IMG/VR virus record: IMGVR_UViG_3300046791_000458
Coordinates: 1-55,067 of that record
Strand: one strand, 5' to 3'
DNA: 55,067 bases
From: a virus
Lineage: Duplodnaviria; Caudoviricetes
Shown here: in pieces, positions 16,952 to 24,528 of the stretch
How the letters are laid out: each line of letters starts with the position of its first letter
Position numbering within the stretch: position 1 is the stretch's first letter
Program-made: the position numbers and the translations under genes
The notes under the pieces: model-generated
Database searches by the model: none
What the model saw: only the letters and a program-made list of their open reading frames with translations
What the model was told of the DNA's origin: nothing

Positions 16952-17157
16952 AGGATGACATGGCATGGACGTGAGGTGTCAAATGCCGGGCGGCGGCAGT
17001 TAGCCAAACCCCTGTAAACATTGGTGAAAATAAATTTCCGGCCATGCTTGACAGATTTTGAAAAAAGTCAAAAATCGCTATTGACTTGTAAGTCAGTTCG
17101 TGCCGCGAGGGCATGTAAAGTATATCGGAGCTGTAACTCTTTTTGAGGGCCGCGCGC
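16952..17157 (-). promoter_or_regulatory. Promoter cassette copy B
   Basis: Minus strand TTGACA (16977-16982)-19 bp-CATCCT (16952-16957); homologous to 13804-13997. Confidence 0.75.
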
Positions 17158-17488
17158 ATCCTATATAGGCGCGGCGGCGACCCGGCCTCCTGGGGCGCGG
17201 GCGGCGGCGGCCAGGGCCTCGCCGGTGGACCTGGACCTGGGCGACTCGCCGGTGGAAGCACCGGCTCGACCACGGCCTCCTGGGCCGAGGTTGCCACCGG
17301 CGGCAGGTGTACGGCGCGGCGGGCTCCGGCTCCTGGGCGGCGGGTGCCGGTGACCGGCGGCGGCGTCGCGGCCTGGGCTCGAGTATCGGACAAGCTTGTC
17401 TGAAACCGCGGAGCCCGCGGTCCGGTCTTTTCGGACACCGTTGTCCGATAGGGTGCGCGGGCTCTCCACAATCGTGCTACGCCCCAAC

Positions 17489-17524
17489 GGTGGCATCCTG
17501 CCGCCTGGGGTGGCATCCTGCCGC
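17489..17524. repeat. Tandem 16-bp repeat GGTGGCATCCTGCCGC, 20-bp period
   Basis: Copies at 17489-17504 and 17509-17524. Confidence 0.85.
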
Positions 17525-17560
17525 ACCTGGGGGCGGCCACGGCGACATGTTCACTTAGCC

Positions 17561-17580
17561 TGTGGAAAAGCTGTGGATAA
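17561..17580. promoter_or_regulatory. Two tandem DnaA-box-like 9-mers
   Basis: TGTGGAAAA (17561-17569) and TGTGGATAA (17572-17580, reverse complement of consensus TTATCCACA), 11-bp period. Confidence 0.5.
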
Positions 17581-17793
17581 AGGGGGGAGGCACGTGTATG
17601 GCCAAACTCGCGACGAGGGGGTGGAGGATGCGGAGGCCCACCTGGACCCGGCGACGCAACCTGGGGCTTCTCTGCGCGATTGCGGGCATGGAACTAAAGT
17701 CCTGTTTTCCGGGGGTGAAAGTACTAGGCGGGAGTACCAGGGCGGAAAGCGTAGCACCGTCCGGCGGCGTCGCGACGCAAGGCGTCGCTCCTT

Positions 17794-18354
17794 TCAGACG
17801 TCTGGCTCCGGTTCGTCGCAGGCCTCGGCGGCCAGCTCGGCCTCGGCCTCCTGGGCGACCCAGGTCGCGGCGGCCTCCGGGTCATGGATGGCGACCGCCG
17901 TCACCGGCTCCGCCCGGGCCGCCATACCCTGCACCTCGGTGTACAGGCGGCGGAGGCTGGCCAGGAGTTTGTCCTGGTCCGAGGGGGCGACGTCCGGCGC
18001 GGCGGCGGCGAGCGTCGTCTCGGCGATCCGGTAGAGCGCCAGGGCCGCCTTGAGGCGGACCTCCTCGCTGGCGGCGGACCGGGACAGATCGGAGAGGATG
18101 CGGACACTGTGCTCCCGCATCCCCCGGGCGTCCCCGGCGGGCGGGCAGGACAACCACGTGAGGCGTCTGATCTCGGCGGCGACGTTGGGGCGTTGGGCAA
18201 TGTCGCGCACCCGCCGCTCCAGGGCCGTGCGCTTTTTCTGGGGCACGTACCCGGCGGCGGCGGCGGCCTTGACCCGGCCTTCACCGGCGGCCACGTGGGC
18301 CGCGAACTTGGCCTCCTTCACGCGCAGCGGCGTGTCCACGGTGGTGACTGGCAT
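17794..18354 (-). CDS. terS: Terminase small subunit
   Basis: KEAKFA..VA.G....AA..AGY.........P.V..EI HTH pattern; VRLKAA..L oligomerisation helix. Confidence 0.7.
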   Translation of the reverse strand: MPVTTVDTPLRVKEAKFAAHVAAGEGRVKAAAAAGYVPQKKRTALERRVRDIAQRPNVAAEIRRLTWLSCPPAGDARGMREHSVRILSDLSRSAASEEVRLKAALALYRIAETTLAAAAPDVAPSDQDKLLASLRRLYTEVQGMAARAEPVTAVAIHDPEAAATWVAQEAEAELAAEACDEPEPDV

Positions 18355-18896
18355 CAGGCCCCAGGATAGCCGTTACGAGGGCCGGTGGCGCATAGGCGTT
18401 GGGCGTCGTCCAGGGGGCCTCGCAGGATCGATAACTCCCGCGCCCCGGCGCGCCTTAGCGGGCCGATTTTGCGTCGCCGAGGGGGGGGGGTGCCGTCACC
18501 CACGCGGGCGGCACCGGCGACGCGCGTTTGCCCCTGCCACGCAGCCCTGGCCAGGGCTCCTGGCGGCCAGGGCTCCACCGGCGGCGGCCTGCACCGGGCG
18601 GCGGCGACCACAAGGGGTAGTGGTCGCGCCCCTGGCCTGGAGCCCAATTGGGCTAAGTCCAATCGAATCAGGCGAAACGCACTGTGCGGAAGTTGACATA
18701 ATGCACCTTATCGGAAGCCTGGGGTGATTGGCGTACGTCCCGGGGCGTAGGCATAGCCTATGGTCTATCCCCTCGGGCCTCGGGTCCTGGGCGTAGCCCC
18801 GGGCCGGTGGATTACTCCCTACCCCATACCCTAGCCCCGCGCGGCGCGCGCGCGAGAACGAACTCTTGTTGATATTATTCCCGCCCCATGGCCTCC

Positions 18897-18934
18897 GCGG
18901 GTCCCATCGGCGGGTCCCATCGGCGGGTCCCATC
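18897..18934. repeat. About three tandem 13-bp repeats GCGGGTCCCATCG
   Basis: Directly visible. Confidence 0.85.
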
Positions 18935-18972
18935 TCCATGTACCGCCAACGGTTAGGGCGGTTTCCGCGAGC

Positions 18973-19292
18973 GGGGGGATAAAACCCTCCGGGGGGTATG
19001 GTGGGGATAGCCATCCCCCTTTTTATCTTTAATGGAATCAATTTTTTACGTATATAAGGGGGATAAGGGGATACAAATATACACGCGCGCGTATACGAAC
19101 ATACGTGTACGCCCGCGCCCCGCGCAGGCTCGCGCGCTTACGTGCGCGCCGCGCACCCGCATGCGCATGTGCAGGCGTAGAGGTTTTTATCCCCCCATCC
19201 CCCCGATGCCTGGCTAAATGCCGTAGGTAGAGTAGGATGGAGGCCCTGGGATAGAGTGCAGGTTTTATTCCCCTGTATCCCCCATCCCCCCG
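18973..19292. other. Putative replication origin
   Basis: About 9 GGGGAT/ATCCCC repeats, mostly converging; 16-bp inverted repeat with one mismatch (18973-18988 vs 19181-19196); AT-rich patch 19020-19056; alternating purine-pyrimidine core. Confidence 0.55.
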
Positions 19293-19327
19293 GATAAGTT
19301 CTTTGTTTTGTGTTAGAGTGTAGGCGA

Positions 19328-19699
19328 ATGCCGAGGTTAACGGGTTCCGGCACCGAGTCGCAGTTGAAGCGCAGCGTCATGAAAATGCTGGCGTTGGAGT
19401 ATCCGCGGGCTGTGGTTCGAAAGCGCCACGGCTCAATGTATAGCACCGCCGGCGATCCCGACCTAGAGATTTTACTGGCCGGCGTTCACATAGAGTGCGA
19501 ATTGAAACGTCCCGGCGAGAATCCCACGCAGTTGCAGCAGCGGCGCCTGGCGGAATGGGCCGCCGCCGGGGCGGTGACGGCCTGCGTCCACAGTGTGGGG
19601 GAGATGCGCGAGGTCATGCATGGTGTGGTATCTTCCATCACATCCTCCAAAAGAATTTACAATTGCCAGGGGGAAAACCAGGCTCTCCCAGCCGGATAG
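19328..19699 (+). CDS. VRR-NUC (PD-(D/E)XK) endonuclease, resolvase-like
   Basis: TESQL...AGDPDL...ECELKRPG..PT.LQ......G......S. Confidence 0.85.
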   Translation: MPRLTGSGTESQLKRSVMKMLALEYPRAVVRKRHGSMYSTAGDPDLEILLAGVHIECELKRPGENPTQLQQRRLAEWAAAGAVTACVHSVGEMREVMHGVVSSITSSKRIYNCQGENQALPAG

Positions 19700-19800
19700 G
19701 GGCGCACAATCGCCTTGTCGGGTATATGAAGTAGCCTCCTTTGCGATTCTTCCGCCAGGCGCCCCGCGGGACAACTCCTACCGTTGAGGCGCCTTATTTT

Positions 19801-20025
19801 TCACTCCCGGTCCCGGGCGTTTTCCTCTAACCGTTCGCGGGCGCCGTCTTCGTCGCTGAAGCTCCCCAGGTACTCGTGCTGCCGGTTCCAGGCGGCCCAG
19901 GTGCGCCTGGGGAAGTTGCGGACGATGCTGCCGGCGTAGTAGCGGCGACCGGTGGAGTAGATCAGGTACAGGTGGTGCCGGCGCCACTCCATAAGCGGGC
20001 CGCGGCAGGCCGGTCGCGGCGTCAT
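19801..20025 (-). CDS. Hypothetical protein
   Basis: ATGA overlap at 20022-20025. Confidence 0.55.
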   Translation of the reverse strand: MTPRPACRGPLMEWRRHHLYLIYSTGRRYYAGSIVRNFPRRTWAAWNRQHEYLGSFSDEDGARERLEENARDRE

Positions 20026-20108
20026 TTGCGGCGCTGATTGAGGTCCACAATCAGCCCCCACAGCAGGATCAGGAACACTACCAGGAACATCAGGCTGACG
20101 GCGTTCAT
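20022..20108 (-). CDS. 28-aa single-transmembrane peptide
   Basis: MNAVSLMFLVVFLILLWGLIVDLNQRRK; AGGAGG RBS; ATGA overlaps at both ends. Confidence 0.65.
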   Translation of the reverse strand: MNAVSLMFLVVFLILLWGLIVDLNQRRK

Positions 20109-20485
20109 AATCCCCGCCTCCTGGCCAGGTTCCCCGCTAGGCGGGCGCGCATGACCGCCCGCTCTTCTTCTGGGATCTCGCGTTTCACCCGGCAGCCGGT
20201 GAGGCGGATGGCGAGCGCGATCTTGTCCTTGGGGATGCCCACCACCTTGGCGTCGCGCAGGCGCCGGTTGTCGCGCCCGTGCGGCACCAGTTCGAAGTCG
20301 CCCACCCACTGCCGGCCCCCCAGCGGCGCCAGCTTCAGGGCGCTGACGTGGGCCTCCAGCCACATGGCGCAGAGCTGGCCGTTATCGACATAGAGGTGGC
20401 CGCGCTTGCCCTGGATAATCTTGTCGTTGCACTCGTCGCGCGTGACTTTGAGGCGGTGTTTCTCGGCTATGTGGTCGATGGTCAT
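20105..20485 (-). CDS. Hypothetical protein (126 aa)
   Basis: RDEC.D.II.GKRGHLY motif; coupled operon. Confidence 0.72.
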   Translation of the reverse strand: MTIDHIAEKHRLKVTRDECNDKIIQGKRGHLYVDNGQLCAMWLEAHVSALKLAPLGGRQWVGDFELVPHGRDNRRLRDAKVVGIPKDKIALAIRLTGCRVKREIPEEERAVMRARLAGNLARRRGL

Positions 20486-20488
20486 GGT

Positions 20489-20788
20489 TTATTCCGCTTT
20501 CAATTCACGTAACTCGAAAAACCCATCTAAATCCGGGTGTTCGGCCATAATTTTGCGGGCATAACGGCTATGGAAGTGATCATTTAATTTAAATTCGTTA
20601 TCGCCCTTCTCGATATGGAAGTGCCAGCGCATGCGTTCCCACAATGTACGGATTCCATAGTGGGAATAGCCTTTGCGGAGGACTTCGTAAACCAGCGCAA
20701 TGAGGTACGTGTAAACCTCCGGGTGCTCGCGGTTGAACTCCTCGAACCGCTCCTGGATGGTTGCTGGTTTTTGTTTTCCGTTCAGCAC
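20489..20788 (-). CDS. Conserved phage protein (F..F...HP.VY...ERMRW...FKLN.....YAR......P....FF..R family)
   Basis: Recognisable motif series; GGAGG RBS before GTG. Confidence 0.8.
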   Translation of the reverse strand: MLNGKQKPATIQERFEEFNREHPEVYTYLIALVYEVLRKGYSHYGIRTLWERMRWHFHIEKGDNEFKLNDHFHSRYARKIMAEHPDLDGFFELRELKAE

Positions 20789-21198
20789 GGCGTCGCCTCC
20801 TCCCGGTAGCCGCACTCCGCGCACTTCAGGATCGCGGCCTCCCCGATGGGCCAGACCTCGACCGCGGGCGAGGCGCAGTTGGGGCAGTGGATGCGGTCGG
20901 CCTCCGCGGCCAGGTCCACGGCGCGGCGGCGGGCGATCCTGAGCAGGCGGTCGTTCTCCTCGGCCTGGTGCTGCCAGCGGTTGCGGTCTTTCTCCATCTC
21001 CACGGCGTGGTTGCGCCAGGTGTCGCGCTTGATCTGCATCTCTTCCACCAGGCCGATCAGCTGGTTAGCGTAATCGGCCAGTTTCTGTTGCTCTTTCTCC
21101 ACCAGGCACAGCTGTTCGTAGGCGGCCTGCAGGGTGGTATTGCCGTCGATCAGTTTCTGCAGGGCAGGGTTGAAATCGGGATAGGGGTCGTCACTCAT
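20782..21198 (-). CDS. Coiled-coil protein with C-terminal zinc ribbon
   Basis: Heptad-rich region; CPNC...CAECG. Confidence 0.72.
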   Translation of the reverse strand: MSDDPYPDFNPALQKLIDGNTTLQAAYEQLCLVEKEQQKLADYANQLIGLVEEMQIKRDTWRNHAVEMEKDRNRWQHQAEENDRLLRIARRRAVDLAAEADRIHCPNCASPAVEVWPIGEAAILKCAECGYREEATPC

Positions 21199-21353
21199 GA
21201 GACACCTCCGGTGGCTGCCGCGGCCTCGCTGGTGCAGCCGGCGAGCGGGTGAAATTCCTTCCACTCTCTGACCGTGTGCCGGCGCCGCTCCTGGCAGGCC
21301 GGGCAGTCGGCGCAGGGCGTGCGCGCGACAGTCGGATCGTTAGCGGGCGTCAT
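21195..21353 (-). CDS. Small Cys/His protein (52 aa)
   Basis: CADCPAC...H..EW..FHP; GGAGG RBS; ATGA overlaps. Confidence 0.6.
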   Translation of the reverse strand: MTPANDPTVARTPCADCPACQERRRHTVREWKEFHPLAGCTSEAAAATGGVS

Positions 21354-21676
21354 TGCAATACCTCCGGGGTTTTGTTCTGCAGGTAAAACTGCACCGCCTG
21401 GTGCAGCTCGCCGTAGACTTCCAGGATCAGCTTCTGTTCCTTCAGGTAGGCGGCCTCCACCTTGGCCCGCCGGGCGGTCGGGCACTTATTTAACCGGTCG
21501 CGGAATTCGTCATCGGCAATGATCAGGGCCAGGTAATAGCTGTGGTGAATGTCGCGGTGCAGGGCCTCCAGGTCCTCGCGCTTCCAGGTGGCCAGGACTT
21601 TCAGTAGCTCGTGGTGGCTGCCGGCGGCCAGGCAGGCCCTGATCCGCGGCGTAAGCATGGGGTTTCCAATCATCAT
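21350..21676 (-). CDS. Helical hypothetical protein, probable paralogue of 21690-22028
   Basis: L..W...DLE.L motif; AAGGAGCCTGAC leader. Confidence 0.7.
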   Translation of the reverse strand: MMIGNPMLTPRIRACLAAGSHHELLKVLATWKREDLEALHRDIHHSYYLALIIADDEFRDRLNKCPTARRAKVEAAYLKEQKLILEVYGELHQAVQFYLQNKTPEVLQ

Positions 21677-21689
21677 TGTCAGGCTCCTT

Positions 21690-22028
21690 TTATTGAACGT
21701 GCTCGCGGGAAAGGTTGTGCATGGCGTACGCGATGGCGACGTTGAAGGCGGTGTGCATAGTTTGGCCGTCTTCGCGAATTTGCCAATAAATACGTTCCAG
21801 CTCTTTTTGCTCTTTTTTCTTTTTAGTACGCCGGAACCGCTCATAAAAATCGCTGGTCAGGCGGTCTATGGTTTTGGTGACGGCGTCGTCCAGCTCGGCC
21901 TTGAGTTGCTCCAGGTCGGCCACCGGCCAGGCGCTCAGGGCCGCGGCCAGGTCGCCGATATTTTCGCCGCTGCGGAAGGCGCGCTCCAGGAGCGGCGGCA
22001 AGGGATGGGGGTGGGTTTCAATCGTCAT
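21690..22028 (-). CDS. Helical hypothetical protein, probable paralogue of 21350-21676
   Basis: L..W...DLE.L motif; AAGGAGCCTGAC leader. Confidence 0.7.
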   Translation of the reverse strand: MTIETHPHPLPPLLERAFRSGENIGDLAAALSAWPVADLEQLKAELDDAVTKTIDRLTSDFYERFRRTKKKKEQKELERIYWQIREDGQTMHTAFNVAIAYAMHNLSREHVQ

Positions 22029-24525
22029 CGTCAGGCTCCTTGTACTGGGTTTTGTTTTGGGTCCAGCCGGCGCCCTGGGCCTTGGGGGCCAGGCCCCTGA
22101 GCCAGGCCGGCGTCTTGTGATCGCCCGGGTCGTTGCCATGGGAAATACCGGCACGGGCGCAAAGCATGCGCGAGAGACGGTTGCGGGGCAGGGGCTTGGC
22201 CTTGACCCGCTCGCTCCATTGGCGGTAAAGGGTTTCAATATCCGAAAGGGTGCAACGCCGGTCGGGGCCGAGGTGGAAGTATTCCTCCAGGAACGGCTCC
22301 AGGCCGTCGTTGCGGGCCTGGGCGTCGCGGATCTTGCCCATCTGCTCGGCGCGGTCCTCCAGCGGCTCGCCCAGGCCGCCCAGGTATTGCTCGCGGGCGC
22401 CGGCCATGGCCCAGTTGAAGATCAGCGGGTCTTCGGCGCGCAGCCGGTCGCGCAGGGTTTGTCCCGCGCGGGCGCCGCCGGGGAACCGGCGCGGGAAGTT
22501 GACCGTGTGCATGCGGTCGAGGAAGGCGCCGTCGTCCTCGTCGAAGTTGGGGATGGTGTTGGTTTCGAGGATCAACTTACCGGTGGGTAAGAAGCTGAAC
22601 GGTTGCTTGGCCTTGAAAACGCCGGTCACCGGCACGTTGCCCTGGGTGAGCAGTTTGAGCATGGACTGGTCGAACCGCTGGCCCTCCGGCGGCTCGCCCG
22701 CGAAGATGGCGCGCGCGCCCTTGCTGCGGGCGATATCGGCGTGGGCGTTGTTCTCGTTTTTGCCGTAGCCCTTGGTCAGGGTGCCGGCGCTGATGGTGAT
22801 GGCGTACTCGCCGAGCACCGCCTGCATGGTGGTGATCAGGGTGCTCTTGCCATTGTTGCCGGTGCCGTAAAAAATAAAGAAGGCCTTCTCCTGCACGCCG
22901 CCGGTCAACAGGTAGCCAAAGATGCGTTGCAGGTAGGCGATCATGCGGTCGATGCGGGTTAGTTCGCTTTCGTCGCTCTCGGGGGTGCCGCCGAACCACT
23001 CAAAGAGCGAGCGCAGGAACAGCACCGGCTCGGGCAGCGCCGGGTCGTAGTTGAAGGGGAAGGCGCGGGTTAACAGGTCGCTGGCGCGGTGCTCGCGCAG
23101 GGCGTCGCTGGCCAGGTCGAAGGTGCCGTTGAGACAGTTGATCAGGTGGGGGTGGCAGTCCAGGACGCCGACGTCGAGGGCCAGCCGCTTGCGGGCCAGG
23201 TCGATCATGCTGGCGATGCCGCCGCGGTTCTGCCGCTGGTCGGCGAATTTCCAGAGGCGTTCGTCCTTGGCCAGGTTGGCCTGCTGTTTGAGCAGGCGCA
23301 TGGTGTCGCGGGCCGGCTCGTAGGCCTCTTCGGTGGTGCCGGCGTGCCAGTGGGTGCCGCTGAAGTAGAGCCAGGGGTCTTCCAGCTTGCGGACGTAGTA
23401 CAGCTTGCCGGCGGCGAACGCCACCAGGCGTTGCGCGTTGCCGCCGTCGTTGCGGTCGTAGCCGGTGAGGTCGGGGCCTTCCACCGGCGGCTCATCTTCG
23501 CCGCCGCCGCCCGGGGGCGGAGCCCCGCGCTTGGGCATCTCGCGGACCTTGGGCTTGGAGGCGGTGGCCGCCGCCGCCGCGGCCTCGGCCAGGGGCGACG
23601 CGCGGCAGATCGCCAGGGCCTCGTCCAGGCTGCCGCCGGCTTCGATGAAATCATAGAGGTCGGCCTTCTCGGCCAGGCCCGGCAGCCGCACCAGGTGGGT
23701 GGCGACGCCGGCGAGCGCCAGCGCGCCGCCGACCACCGCGCCGTGCTTCTCGCCACTGGCGTCGTTGTCGAGCAACAGGAACACCGTTGGCTTTTCGTCG
23801 AACCAGTGCTGGTACTCCGCTTTCCAGTGGCCTTCGCCGTTAGGCAGGCAGGTGGCGGTGACGCTCCAGGCCTCGCGCGCGCGATCCACGGCCTTTTCGC
23901 CGTTGAGGAGCCAGACTTCGCTGGCGCCGGCCAGGGTCTTGGCTTTATAGGGCGGCGCCTGGCGGCCCAGTTTCTTGGGCGCGCTCCAGCCGCCTTTGAC
24001 GGTGAGCGCCACCCAGAGCATGCGCTTTTCGCCGGTGACCTTGTGGCGCACGCGGATCTTGAGGCTCTCGATGGTTTCGTAGATGTAGAGTGCGTAGGCT
24101 TCCCAGCCGGGGCCGCCCGCGTCGGGCAGTTCGTCGAGGTACTTGATGTAGTCGTCGATGCGGCGGGCGAGCGTGCCCAGGCGCCAGTCGTCGCTGGTGA
24201 GAGAGAGTGGCTTGGGGAAGGGAAAACGCCAGGGGGCGATGCTGGGCTTGGCGGTGTCGCCGATGACGTAGCGGACGTGGTCCCAGGCGAGCGGTTTGCT
24301 GAACCCGTAGCGGGCCATGGCGAAGTCGATCATGCTCCAGCCGCGGTCGCCGTTGTGGCACTTGAAGCAGTAGGCGAAGCCGGTGTTGAGGTCCACCGCC
24401 AGGGTGTCGGGGCTGTCGCCGCCATGCACCGGGCAGAGGGCGCGCAACTTCCCCTGCCCGGCGTAGGTGTACTTCTCCAGCTCGTGGGTCCAGAAGCGTT
24501 CGTATTGCTCTGGCGTGAACTGCAT
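22018..24525 (-). CDS. Primase-helicase: CHC2 zinc finger, TOPRIM and P4/D5-type SF3 helicase
   Basis: CPVH...CFKC; NGEKAVD and DND TOPRIM motifs; D.GNAQRL D5_N; Walker A GTGNNGKST; motif C LETN. Confidence 0.92.
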   Translation of the reverse strand: MQFTPEQYERFWTHELEKYTYAGQGKLRALCPVHGGDSPDTLAVDLNTGFAYCFKCHNGDRGWSMIDFAMARYGFSKPLAWDHVRYVIGDTAKPSIAPWRFPFPKPLSLTSDDWRLGTLARRIDDYIKYLDELPDAGGPGWEAYALYIYETIESLKIRVRHKVTGEKRMLWVALTVKGGWSAPKKLGRQAPPYKAKTLAGASEVWLLNGEKAVDRAREAWSVTATCLPNGEGHWKAEYQHWFDEKPTVFLLLDNDASGEKHGAVVGGALALAGVATHLVRLPGLAEKADLYDFIEAGGSLDEALAICRASPLAEAAAAAATASKPKVREMPKRGAPPPGGGGEDEPPVEGPDLTGYDRNDGGNAQRLVAFAAGKLYYVRKLEDPWLYFSGTHWHAGTTEEAYEPARDTMRLLKQQANLAKDERLWKFADQRQNRGGIASMIDLARKRLALDVGVLDCHPHLINCLNGTFDLASDALREHRASDLLTRAFPFNYDPALPEPVLFLRSLFEWFGGTPESDESELTRIDRMIAYLQRIFGYLLTGGVQEKAFFIFYGTGNNGKSTLITTMQAVLGEYAITISAGTLTKGYGKNENNAHADIARSKGARAIFAGEPPEGQRFDQSMLKLLTQGNVPVTGVFKAKQPFSFLPTGKLILETNTIPNFDEDDGAFLDRMHTVNFPRRFPGGARAGQTLRDRLRAEDPLIFNWAMAGAREQYLGGLGEPLEDRAEQMGKIRDAQARNDGLEPFLEEYFHLGPDRRCTLSDIETLYRQWSERVKAKPLPRNRLSRMLCARAGISHGNDPGDHKTPAWLRGLAPKAQGAGWTQNKTQYKEPDDDD

Positions 24526-24528
24526 GGG

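Noticed and set aside
16767-17757. ORFs across the region between the early promoter and TerS
   Set aside because: Low-complexity Pro/Arg/Ala translations without RBS that overlap the promoter cassette; treated as non-coding
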